DNA of 64,000 bases, taken from Thermoproteota archaeon. GTDB lineage: Archaea > Thermoproteota > Methanomethylicia > Methanomethylicales > Methanomethylicaceae. This document shows, piece after piece, positions 38,444-47,274 of this stretch. A program made the translations under genes and the position numbers. Below the pieces are notes generated by a model. The model was not told where the DNA came from. It saw only the letters and a list, made by a program, of their open reading frames with translations, and made no database searches. The stretch's first letter is position 1. Each line of letters begins with the position of its first letter. The stretch spans positions 5,572-69,571 of the forward strand of contig VGLU01000004.1 of NCBI GenBank assembly GCA_016882195.1, given 5' to 3'.

Positions 38444-41400
38444 CTACTGGGAGAAGAATTCCAGTCTCTTTATCCCCACGATCTCATCGAATTCTATGCC
38501 GAGAGCCTCGAGGACCTGCCCGAAGGTGGACTCTATGTGTCCCACGTATTTGTCCACATCGATCTCGTCTATCCTTGCCAGCTGGACCGGCTTAACGCCC
38601 AGGCCGCCCTGAACCTTTACGAAGGAGATTATGTCGCCGGGCTTGACCTCCTTGCCCTTATCCTCCAGCTGTTTTGCCGCCTTCACGTGCTGGGGCGTCG
38701 TCTTATGGTAGCCGGTGAGCGGCCTCGAGAGCATCACCTTGAAGGTCAGCTCGTCCAGGGAGAAGCGCCTGTTCTTAAGCCTTGTGTAGCAGTTCTGCAC
38801 GATCCCCTTTATCCTCGCCTTGGCCCTCGCGAAGTCCTGCGGGGTCTTTACCTCCTTCAGGACCTGGGTCATCTCCCCGAATGCGGACTGGATGAAGACG
38901 GGGGTGTTCCGCTTCTTCCCCATCAGCCCTTTTATGTCCACCACGCCGTTGTCCATGACGCCGAGGTAGTTCTTCTTCCTTCCGGAGAAGGTAACGAAGG
39001 TGTACCTCTTGTCCACCTCGAGGTCGATGCCGAAGCTTGATTCCGCCCAGCTGAGGAGCGCTCCTATCTGCTCCTTGGTGGGCTGGTACAAAAACAAACT
39101 ATCGGTGTCGGCATATATCACCTTGACTCCGGATTCTGTGGCCTTTTTGATGGTCTCAGTTATTATGTGCCTGCCTATGGCGGTGGTGCTGTCGGCCATC
39201 GAGAGGCAGTAGAGCGGGAATATCTCCGCACCGAAGACTCCGTAAGACTGCCCACAAGGGATTAATCTGCCATTGCGGCCAGCAAAGACAGTGTGGTTCT
39301 TTTTTGTAGTTATACAGTAAACTTGTCCATTGTATGGCATCTTAGTTTTTTTCCAATGATCTGTGTGTTGATTTATGTTTCTCCAAGTTATTCTAAATAG
39401 CTTAGCACCCTCATCATAGAATCGCCTTGATGAAGAAGCAGATGATGTCTTAAGCTTCGGGACGACGAAGTCTATCGCGTTGTATATCGCCTCTGCTGTA
39501 ACAAACCTGACTCCCCCGTTTTTATGGTCTGCGACAATGAATCTATGTTCTGGAGTGACGATCAGATCAGTAGATCTTCCGTTCTTGAAATGTAATAGAT
39601 CACCATTATAGTCGAATACCTGTGTCTCCACAACCTCGTCCACTTCTGGTTCGAGGGTAGCCGGATTTACGTTGATTACTTTGTCACCAATGTTGATATC
39701 CTTTACATTCTTTACACCATTGGTTGTGAGTATATCGGTGTCGCCTGTGAAACAAGCATTGAGGAAGACCTTAAGGGCCTGTTGCACGACCTTGTACCAG
39801 TCCCTCTCCTCCTGGGTGAGGGCGGGATCCTTGGACTTTGCCTTGAACCACTTCACCCTGACATCCTTCAGCAAGCCTATGATCAAGGCCATCAGCCCCA
39901 GCCGCTTTGTGCAGACCCAGTGTTTTGTGTCCGGGACCACGTTGGTCCGGCAGGACTCGTGGACGCACCTTACGGTCTCGTAGCTGAGGTTCCACTTTGC
40001 GATTATGCTGGGGTACAGGCTTGCAAAGTCCAGGACGACCACATCGAAGTAGACGTTGGACTCGGGCTTTATGACTATGGCGCCGTGGTACTTCTTCCCC
40101 TTGATCACCGCTGTTGTGGAGGCCTCTCCCTTCATGGCTTCTATGTCGCTCTCGCGGGGTATCAGACAGTTTCTTGCTCTGTGCTCAAAGAAGAATAGGC
40201 CCCTTATCCAGCGGGATATCCCTTGGCGCGTTACGTCCTCCATGGAGAGACGGGAGATCCTCATTATCATGGTGATGAGGTTCATTACCATGTTTGAGTT
40301 CTCGGTGGTAAGGCGCAACGCTATGAGGGAGTCCCTGAAGCAGTAGGACGCCAGGTCAAGGTAGCTGAGCTCGGAGACGGTCTTCTCTATCTGGATCTTC
40401 TTGATATTGAGGAGGGAGCTTGCCACGGCGTCGAGGGCGACCTCCCTGTATGAGTTTCCGAAGGCGTAGATCTGTATGGCGTGGTTGTGCATGAACTTGT
40501 AGAGGTCTATGTGTACCCCTGTGGGGAGGAGGGCGATCTCCCTTCCCATTATTATGGGGACCTCCTCCTTCTTCATGCCCAGGACCTGCGCGCGCCGCCA
40601 GAGGTAGTGGAGGTCGAAGTTGTCGCCGTTGAAGGTGATCACGATCGGGTAGTCCAGGAAGTACTTGAAGAGGAGCTTTATGAGGGACAACTCCTCCTCG
40701 AAGTACTCCAGCTGAACATCTTCCGGGAGTTCTGGGGGCCTGATGCCCTCCTCCACACCCATCCTCTTGAGGAGGAGGACCTTCCTCAGGCCGTCCGATC
40801 CAGCGAGGGATGCGCATATCACTTGGTTCCTGGCCACGCTCGGGTCAGGGATCCTGTCCAGCGCCTCCGTGGCCACCTCGATATCCACTGCAACGCGGCG
40901 GTAGTCGGGCACAGGGCTGATGAAGAGCGGGAACCAATCTGTGAGGGCGCTGAGGAGCTCGGGGGGTGACCTCTGGAATCTCTCCCTTATCGGCTCGAGA
41001 GGGACGGAGGGATCCTCCTTGACGAGGTTGCCGTCCTTTATTCGGTAGGAGTATCCCGGGATGAGCCCACGGTCGTAGATGTAGCAGTCGTGGTACCGGA
41101 TGTTGTCCTCCCAGGAATTCTGCAGAAGGTCCCTTATGTTGCGCCCACGGCCTCCTATGGAGAGGGGATCCCTGGCAACGACCTTTGTCATCCCTATCCT
41201 CTTGTCGTGGAGGGGGTCGTACTTCTCCACCTCTACTGTAGATTTTCTGTCGAAGCCGGGGTGGGATGCGATCTGCCTGTCCGAGAGGACCTCCTTGAGA
41301 GGAGTGTCGGTGAGGCAGTAGGGGAGGTGTCCTGTGTTGTCGTACCAGAAGACGGTTTTGCCCTTCTCGAGATCGTAGAGTTTCAGCAGCGCCTTGGCCC

Positions 41401-41704
41401 TGGAGCCGCTGTACGTGACGGAGAGCAGGGAGAGGGGACCCGCATTCTTTGGGGTCTCGGCCTCGAAGATGGTCCTCTCGACGACCTCCTCCTGCTCGGG
41501 TCCCTCGGCATACTCTTCTGGCCCCAGTTCCTCCGGCTCTGCCTCCACTTCATCGTAGGGCTCTTCTTCGGGATACTGCCCCTCCCTCTGGGAGGTTTCC
41601 TCGGCTTTCTCTGCCTTGACAGGTTCCCTCCGGGGGCTCTCGGGGGGCTCGGATGGTTTCGAGTCTCCCTTCTTGCCGGGCATGAACCTATCAAGACTTA
41701 CCAT
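38444..41704 (-). CDS. polB: family-B DNA polymerase containing a mini-intein in motif B and an acidic N-terminal extension
   Basis: Exo I VAVDIEVATE, motif A LDFASLYPSII, motif C IYADTDS. Motif B is split as KVFLNA|intein|SYGVFG. Confidence 0.9.
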   Translation of the reverse strand: MVSLDRFMPGKKGDSKPSEPPESPRREPVKAEKAEETSQREGQYPEEEPYDEVEAEPEELGPEEYAEGPEQEEVVERTIFEAETPKNAGPLSLLSVTYSGSRAKALLKLYDLEKGKTVFWYDNTGHLPYCLTDTPLKEVLSDRQIASHPGFDRKSTVEVEKYDPLHDKRIGMTKVVARDPLSIGGRGRNIRDLLQNSWEDNIRYHDCYIYDRGLIPGYSYRIKDGNLVKEDPSVPLEPIRERFQRSPPELLSALTDWFPLFISPVPDYRRVAVDIEVATEALDRIPDPSVARNQVICASLAGSDGLRKVLLLKRMGVEEGIRPPELPEDVQLEYFEEELSLIKLLFKYFLDYPIVITFNGDNFDLHYLWRRAQVLGMKKEEVPIIMGREIALLPTGVHIDLYKFMHNHAIQIYAFGNSYREVALDAVASSLLNIKKIQIEKTVSELSYLDLASYCFRDSLIALRLTTENSNMVMNLITMIMRISRLSMEDVTRQGISRWIRGLFFFEHRARNCLIPRESDIEAMKGEASTTAVIKGKKYHGAIVIKPESNVYFDVVVLDFASLYPSIIAKWNLSYETVRCVHESCRTNVVPDTKHWVCTKRLGLMALIIGLLKDVRVKWFKAKSKDPALTQEERDWYKVVQQALKVFLNACFTGDTDILTTNGVKNVKDINIGDKVINVNPATLEPEVDEVVETQVFDYNGDLLHFKNGRSTDLIVTPEHRFIVADHKNGGVRFVTAEAIYNAIDFVVPKLKTSSASSSRRFYDEGAKLFRITWRNINQHTDHWKKTKMPYNGQVYCITTKKNHTVFAGRNGRLIPCGQSYGVFGAEIFPLYCLSMADSTTAIGRHIITETIKKATESGVKVIYADTDSLFLYQPTKEQIGALLSWAESSFGIDLEVDKRYTFVTFSGRKKNYLGVMDNGVVDIKGLMGKKRNTPVFIQSAFGEMTQVLKEVKTPQDFARAKARIKGIVQNCYTRLKNRRFSLDELTFKVMLSRPLTGYHKTTPQHVKAAKQLEDKGKEVKPGDIISFVKVQGGLGVKPVQLARIDEIDVDKYVGHIESTFGQVLEALGIEFDEIVGIKRLEFFSQ
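39248..39754 (-). other. 169-aa mini-intein (no homing-endonuclease domain)
   Basis: Begins CFTGDTDIL (block A), has TPEHRF (block B) and VYCITTKKNHTVFAGRNG (block F). Ends ...LIPCGQ followed by Ser. Removing it restores K-x3-N-A-S-Y-G. Confidence 0.7.
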
Positions 41705-41755
41705 TACACTCGCCTCAGTTTCTTGTGACCATGAGGGCCATCTGTGGTGGCATTC

Positions 41756-41971
41756 TCAGCCCGAGAACCGCCACCTCTCCAGCCGCTCCTCCCCTGATCG
41801 GGCCTTCTTCAGCCTCTTGTAGTGCTCCTCGCACAGGTAGAGCCGGCCGGACTCGTTAACATCCATTCCGGCATCCTTCATGAGACGGGCATATGACGGG
41901 GAGAGTGATCTTACGGCGGCTTTATCGCAGCCCTTGACCGAACAGGCCTCACCCTTCTTTACACGACCCAC
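41756..41971 (-). CDS. small Cys/His-containing (zinc-ribbon-like) protein
   Basis: 71 aa with CSVKGC...LCEEHYKRLKK; co-directional upstream of polB. Confidence 0.4.
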   Translation of the reverse strand: MGRVKKGEACSVKGCDKAAVRSLSPSYARLMKDAGMDVNESGRLYLCEEHYKRLKKARSGEERLERWRFSG

Positions 41972-42004
41972 TTTAGTCCCTCGCTGTTTATATTATTTAT
42001 CAGA

Positions 42005-43273
42005 TTTTGTAAACTTTTCGTTGGATTTAAATACATGACCAATTGTTGGGAAACCATAATTTGTGATAGCTATAAAGAGTGTAAGGCAACGTTACATTCC
42101 ATCATGTATAATACTATGCTTAATGGAGCAATTCAGACTCATGATCAATGAGTGTATAGAAATAGGTATGACGAGTAACATTTCTTCGCTGAAAGCGCTC
42201 TCTATGAGGGCATATCATAAACTTGAGCCTTATAATGTGCCATCTTACTACAAGCTTTGTGCCATTTCAAGAGCGGCAGTGATTCTTACGTCAAGAAGGA
42301 AGTCGCTACGAAGGGGCATGCCGACTAAGAGCCCTTACGTCATGCGGCGGCATCTTACCTCATGCTATGGATTCAAATTCATCGGTAATGCTATAAGAAT
42401 ACCGGTGGGGCATAGAGAGTTCTTTGAAATTGAGTTAAACAAACACACTCAAGAGATTCTCTCCGACCCTGCCTTGAGGGTGCGTTCCTTTACACTAACG
42501 AACACCCATTTGAGCATCTGCTACTCGAAGGATGTTCAGGAACTGGAATGTGCAGATATCGCTGGCTTGGACAGAAATCTGAGAAACATCACCTATGGCA
42601 ACGATCAGCATGTAGTAAAATACAACCTATCAGAAGCAGTTAAGATAGCCAGGCGGACGAGCAAGATCATTGCTTCCTTCAAAAGGAAGGACATGCGGAT
42701 AAGGAAGAGGATAGCGTCGAAGTATGGACGGAGACAAAGGAACAGGGTCAACCAACTGCTTCATAATACAACCAAAGACATTGTTGAAAGGGCGTTTGCG
42801 AAAAGGGAGGCGATAGTTCTTGAGGATATTAGAGGCATTAGGAAATTGTATCGAAAGGGAAACGGACAAAGTCACAGATACAGAGGCATAATGAACGCTT
42901 GGTCATTCTGCGAGGTGCAGAGACAGATAGAGTACAAGGCGAAATGGAAAGGCATCCCAGTAATGCGCCTATCCAAAGAGGAAACTATGGGCACCTCCAC
43001 CCTCTGCCCGATATGTGGGGAGAGACTCCTGAATGGGCAATATATTAGCCGCCAGTTGTGGTGTCCTTCATGTGGAATGAAAGCAGACCGGGACATAGTT
43101 GCTGTATTAAATCAATCGCATAGGGGACGGGTGAGGTTCGCCCGTTCCCTGCCATGTGATGATAAGGCGAAAGGCGGGGCAGCTGAAGCTATGAGGGGGA
43201 ACCCTCTACGGATGGAGGTAATCCTCAGAGTCGATGCCCCGAAGTCGAGTCATGATAAAGACTTGACAGAACC
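42005..43273 (+). mobile_element. complete TnpB-only IS200/IS605-family element copy C
   Basis: Left-end motif TGTAAAC..TCGTTGGATTTAAATAC (shared with 12535-12563), tnpB, right end ending CTTGACAGAACC. Lies 38 nt upstream of a tRNA gene. Confidence 0.65.
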
Positions 43274-43283
43274 TAAGCTTTAA
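42063..43283 (+). CDS. tnpB: TnpB (IS200/IS605 OrfB)
   Basis: 406 aa with RuvC-like core and zinc finger CPICGERLLNGQ...WCPSCGMKADRDIVAVLNQ. Confidence 0.85.
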   Translation: MIAIKSVRQRYIPSCIILCLMEQFRLMINECIEIGMTSNISSLKALSMRAYHKLEPYNVPSYYKLCAISRAAVILTSRRKSLRRGMPTKSPYVMRRHLTSCYGFKFIGNAIRIPVGHREFFEIELNKHTQEILSDPALRVRSFTLTNTHLSICYSKDVQELECADIAGLDRNLRNITYGNDQHVVKYNLSEAVKIARRTSKIIASFKRKDMRIRKRIASKYGRRQRNRVNQLLHNTTKDIVERAFAKREAIVLEDIRGIRKLYRKGNGQSHRYRGIMNAWSFCEVQRQIEYKAKWKGIPVMRLSKEETMGTSTLCPICGERLLNGQYISRQLWCPSCGMKADRDIVAVLNQSHRGRVRFARSLPCDDKAKGGAAEAMRGNPLRMEVILRVDAPKSSHDKDLTEPKL

Positions 43284-43311
43284 ATTAACCTTTATGAGGA
43301 AATAGACGAGG

Positions 43312-43424
43312 GGGCCCGTCGTCTAGTCAGGATTAGGACGCAGATCTCGCAGACGTGACGGTTTTGCGAGGGCGTAAGCCTGCGGAGCCTGAAGTCCTGG
43401 GTTCAAATCCCAGCGGGCCCGCCA
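43312..43424 (+). tRNA. intron-containing tRNA (~34-nt intron in the anticodon arm); probable tRNA-Arg, anticodon ambiguous (GCG or CGC)
   Basis: Acceptor GGGCCCG/CGGGCCC, discriminator G, encoded CCA. D-arm has A14, GG, A20. T-loop GGGUUCAAAUCCC. Two possible 7-nt loops, CUCGCAG and CUGCGGA, flank the extra 34 nt. Acceptor and D-arm closely resemble the tRNA-Arg(CCG) at 45970-46061. Confidence 0.65.
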
Positions 43425-43435
43425 ACCTTCTGGCG

Positions 43436-43908
43436 TTTGGGTGGGAGAAGCTTGGATATCGCGGTGCTGAAGGATCCTGGAAGACATACTCAGACAGGGA
43501 TTTCGTGCTGAGGGGGATCGACCTCACGGTTGGGGAGCTGGACTTTATCATTATCAAAGGTAGGTCTGGCGCAGGGAAGACAACGCTGCTTAGGATCATG
43601 GGGCTACTAGAAAAGCCGAGCAGGGGCAGCGTCGTTCTATTCGGCAGGTAGGCGGGCAGTCTGAACGATACGCAGGCGTCGAGTATACGGCGGGATGGTA
43701 TAGGGTTCATCTTCCAAGATCTTAACCTCATCCCCCACCTGACAGTGCTCGAGAATATTGAGATCCCAATGTACCTGAAGGGGGTGCCGGCCGGCGAGAG
43801 GAGGATCAGCGGGTTGGAGCTACTTGAGAGGTTCGGCCTTAAAGATCTCGCCGAGCGCTACCCATCCGAGCTTAGTCAGGAGGAGAAGCAACGGGTCGCA
43901 GCATGAAT
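43436..43908 (+). pseudogene. degraded ABC-transporter ATP-binding gene (frameshifted, truncated before Walker B)
   Basis: Across two frames: ...WKTYSDRDFVLRGIDLTVGELDFIIIKGRSGAGKTTLLRIMGLLEKP...stop, then ...IGFIFQDLNLIPHLTVLENIEIP...PSELSQEEKQRVAA-stop. The N-terminal LDIAVLKD piece is in a third frame. Confidence 0.5.
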
Positions 43909-44015
43909 AATAATGAAGGCAGTAAGAAGGCGTAAAATCGCAAAACTTTCATCGCCCGTACGTATGCTTAAGTTTTTAAGATAAATTGCTATGAGAGAGT
44001 GCTGGAGGCTTAAAT

Positions 44016-45962
44016 TTGGACGGTAACCCCTTCGGGGCTTTCAGAGAGGAGTGCCTATCCATACTAAGAGACGCGTTAGGTGAGGAAGGGGTTGCCATAA
44101 CTGAAGGGGAGATCAAACTCACAGTGCCGCCCGACCCCTCCCATGGTAACCTCAGCTTTTCCACGCATACCACGGCGAGGAGGGCAGGGGTGGAACCGAG
44201 GGCCCTAGCTGACAGGATCGTTGAAAGGGCCAAGGACGCCCAGAAGAGGCTCGTTGCGAAGGTGGAGGGGGCCGGGGGCGGGTACGTCAACTTCTTCATC
44301 AACGAGACTGAATTTGCTGAGCTGACGCTGAACTCAATAACCAGCATGGGCAAGGACTACGGATCCTCCAAGGGGAACGGAGAGAAGGTGATCGTGGAGC
44401 ACACGAGTGTCAATCCGATTCACCCCATCCATATAGGGGGTGCTAGAAACGCCGTGATCGGGGACTGCCTGTCTAGGATACTGAAGGCGGCGGGGAACGA
44501 TGTGAGGAGGCACTTCTATATTGATGACGTGGGGCTCCAAGTGGCGCAGGCCAGTTACGGGTTCGGTAAGATCGGCGGGGTGGCAAGGGAAGGCAAGAGC
44601 GACCACCTAATAGGGTTCATCTACGCAACCACAAGCTGTGCCATGAACATAAAGGCGCTGCGGGCTGAGATAGAGAGGCTCAAATCCAAGGGAAAGGACG
44701 AGGATGCAAGACAGAAGATCATGGAGCTGGACGACTGGGTAGGGGCGGCCTCGGATCTGAGGGCAAAGAACGAGAAGATGTTTGACGCAATATCTGGATC
44801 AATCATGTCCACGGAGGACCCAGAGGCAGAGGTTGCCGGACTGCTCAGGAGGTACGAGGAGAGGCACAAGGAGGCTGTCAGGCTCATTAGGGGGCTCTCC
44901 GAACTCGCGCTGGCAGGGTTCAAGGAGACTTTGAGAAGGGTGGACATTGAGTTCGACAGCTGGGACTGGGAGAGCGAGCTGGCCTCATGGAGTGGAGAGG
45001 CAGATAAGGTCGTTGAGAGGCTCTCGAGGACGGACTTCGTAAAGGTGGAGGAGGGCACGGTCATCCTTGACGCCGAGCTCACGGCCAAGAGGTTCAACCT
45101 CAAGGAGAGGTACGGCATAAAGACAGAGGTACCGCCGCTGACGCTGAAGAGGTCCGACGGGACGACGCTCTACACCACAAGGGATATCGCCTACACCCTT
45201 TGGAAGTTCGAGAGGGCGGACCGGGTGATCAACGTCATATCCATCGAGCAGAGGCTCCCCCAACTGCAGTTGAAGCTGGCGCTCTACGCCCTCGGCGAGG
45301 GTGAGATGGCGGAGAGGCTTACGCACTTCAGCTACGAATTGGTCCACCTGCCGGGATACAAGATGTCCGGTAGGAGGGGGAGGTACGTGACATTCGACGA
45401 CGTCATTGACGAGGCCGTGGAGAGGGCTTACAGGGAGGTCTCTGTGAGGTCGCCCCACCTCAGCGAGGAGGAGAGGAAGGGGATCTCGGAGCTGGTGGGC
45501 GTGGGATCCGTGAGGTACGCACTGATAGCGGTGGCGTCCAACAAGCCGATAACGTTCACGTGGGAGAGGGTGCTGAACTTTGAGCAGAACAGCGCCCCCT
45601 TCATCCAGTACTCTCACGCTAGGGCGAGCAACATCCTCCTGAAGGCGGAGGGCGGTTGGAGGGAGGGAGGTACACCGGACTATGGCTCGCTCAACACGAA
45701 GTACGAGCACGACTTGATAGTACGGCTCGGCTCCTTCCCGGAGACCGTGGAGGAGGCGGCGAGAACCCTGAGGCCCGAGATGATAGCGGAGTACACCAAT
45801 GATATGGTGTCCAAGTTCAACCTCTTCTATGACAACGTGCCAGTACTCAAGACGAAGGAGGGGGGCGCGAGGAGGGCGAGGCTCAGGCTTGTTGAGGCGA
45901 CAAAGACGGTCCTCGCCAATGCACTCTGGCTCATTGGGATAGAGGCCCCGGCAAGGATGTAG
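44016..45962 (+). CDS. argS: arginyl-tRNA synthetase
   Basis: Class I HIGH-like HPIHIGGARNAVIGD; 648 aa. Confidence 0.9.
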   Translation: MDGNPFGAFREECLSILRDALGEEGVAITEGEIKLTVPPDPSHGNLSFSTHTTARRAGVEPRALADRIVERAKDAQKRLVAKVEGAGGGYVNFFINETEFAELTLNSITSMGKDYGSSKGNGEKVIVEHTSVNPIHPIHIGGARNAVIGDCLSRILKAAGNDVRRHFYIDDVGLQVAQASYGFGKIGGVAREGKSDHLIGFIYATTSCAMNIKALRAEIERLKSKGKDEDARQKIMELDDWVGAASDLRAKNEKMFDAISGSIMSTEDPEAEVAGLLRRYEERHKEAVRLIRGLSELALAGFKETLRRVDIEFDSWDWESELASWSGEADKVVERLSRTDFVKVEEGTVILDAELTAKRFNLKERYGIKTEVPPLTLKRSDGTTLYTTRDIAYTLWKFERADRVINVISIEQRLPQLQLKLALYALGEGEMAERLTHFSYELVHLPGYKMSGRRGRYVTFDDVIDEAVERAYREVSVRSPHLSEEERKGISELVGVGSVRYALIAVASNKPITFTWERVLNFEQNSAPFIQYSHARASNILLKAEGGWREGGTPDYGSLNTKYEHDLIVRLGSFPETVEEAARTLRPEMIAEYTNDMVSKFNLFYDNVPVLKTKEGGARRARLRLVEATKTVLANALWLIGIEAPARM

Positions 45963-45969
45963 ACTTTTA

Positions 45970-46061
45970 TGGCGGGCCCGGAGGGATTCGAACCCTCGAC
46001 CATCGACTATCTCCGAGATCACCGGAGGCCGACGCCCTGATCCAGACTAGGCCACGGGCCC
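45970..46061 (-). tRNA. tRNA-Arg(CCG) with a 13-nt intron at canonical position 37/38
   Basis: Acceptor GGGCCCG, U8, D-arm GCCU/GGGC with A20, anticodon stem UCGGC/GUCGA, loop CU-CCG-G[intron UGAUCUCGGAGAU]A, T-arm GAGGGUUCGAAUCCCUC, discriminator G, encoded CCA. A 3-nt bulge AUA contains the 3' splice site next to a CUCC/GGAG helix. Confidence 0.8.
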
Positions 46062-46088
46062 CTCACTAATATTATCTCATAATGGGTT

Positions 46089-46331
46089 CTAAAGACTAAC
46101 GGAGGAGTATAGGAATAACACCACGATGAGTACGCCTAGGAATATCATGTAGTAGAGGAGCACCTTCTGAAACTTCTTTGAGCGCTCCACCTTTGAGGTC
46201 GCCTTCTGATACTCCGGCTTGCACTTTAGGCAGTACGACCTGCCCTTGACCTCTAGCATTCTTCCGCAGTAAAGGCAGTGCCTGTGCGGGTGGATGTGGG
46301 GCTTTTTCTTAAGTTGTTCGGTCTCGGACAA
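46089..46331 (-). CDS. small zinc-ribbon protein with C-terminal TM helix
   Basis: CLYCG...CLKCK plus a hydrophobic C-terminus; 15 nt downstream of htpX on the same strand. Confidence 0.45.
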   Translation of the reverse strand: MSETEQLKKKPHIHPHRHCLYCGRMLEVKGRSYCLKCKPEYQKATSKVERSKKFQKVLLYYMIFLGVLIVVLFLYSSVSL

Positions 46332-46346
46332 CGGCAGTCCTCCGGC

Positions 46347-47246
46347 TCACCGCATGCTGCCGATACTCACAGCTATTGCCTTTAGCCGCTCTATCCGCTT
46401 CCAGGTTGAAGGGTGTGTGGAGAACATCTCGAGGATGGCATCTCCCCTGAATGGGTTGACTATCCAAAGTGGGCTCGTAGAGGGGTTGACGTTGAGGGGC
46501 TTGCCACTCCGTACTGAGCGCTCGATCTTCTCAAGGGCGCTCGCCAAGGAGAGGGGCTTTCTGCTTAGCATTGCACCCTCCCTGTCGGCCTCGTACTCCC
46601 TCCCCCTCGATATCGCTGTCTGGACCAGAAATGCGGCAAGCGGGGCCAGAAAGCTGAGTATCAGCGCCAGTGCACCGGCGTTCCTGTCCCTGCCACTTGA
46701 ACCGCCCATAAAAATGCTGAACCTCCCCATGAGGGCCAAGTAGCTTATCGCCCCAGCTATGGTGGCAACCACCGATGCGATCAGGACATCCCTATGCTTT
46801 ACGTGAGACACCTCGTGGCTGAGAACCGCCTCAAGCTCGTTTTCATTGACGGTGCTCATAAGGCCGGTTGTAACCGCCACTACGGAGTTGTTTGGCCCCC
46901 TGCCTGTGGCGAAGGCGTTCGGTACGGGGGTCTTGATCACGGCAACCTTGGGCTTTGGAAGGCCGGCGCTCGCGGCGATGGTGGAGACGATCCTGTGCAG
47001 CGCAGGCTGCTCGGTCTCGCTCACCACCTTCGCGTGCGACATGGATAGCACGATCTTGTCGCTGTAGAGGTAGGAGATCAGGTTGAGCAACGCGGCGATG
47101 ATTAACGCGCCCAATGCGATCAGCTCTGGTGCACCAAAGAGGAAGCCGATGACGTATCCAAGGACTACGAAGATGGCCGTCAGTATGGTCATCATCAGTG
47201 CCAGTCGCAGCATTTTCCCCATCTCAAAGACGAGATAGCCATGCAA
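46347..47246 (-). CDS. htpX: HtpX-like M48 zinc metalloprotease
   Basis: Four TM helices and HEVSHVKHRD (HExxH). Confidence 0.85.
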   Translation of the reverse strand: MHGYLVFEMGKMLRLALMMTILTAIFVVLGYVIGFLFGAPELIALGALIIAALLNLISYLYSDKIVLSMSHAKVVSETEQPALHRIVSTIAASAGLPKPKVAVIKTPVPNAFATGRGPNNSVVAVTTGLMSTVNENELEAVLSHEVSHVKHRDVLIASVVATIAGAISYLALMGRFSIFMGGSSGRDRNAGALALILSFLAPLAAFLVQTAISRGREYEADREGAMLSRKPLSLASALEKIERSVRSGKPLNVNPSTSPLWIVNPFRGDAILEMFSTHPSTWKRIERLKAIAVSIGSMR

Positions 47247-47274
47247 AGCTTATAAAAATATCTACTCTGCCGGA

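Noticed and set aside
43312-43424. Reading the upstream tRNA as tRNA-Ala(CGC) with a canonical 37/38 intron
   Set aside because: G3:C70 and G73 conflict with the conserved Ala identity pair G3:U70. The acceptor and D-arm match the neighbouring tRNA-Arg, so it is kept as ambiguous with Arg(GCG) favoured.
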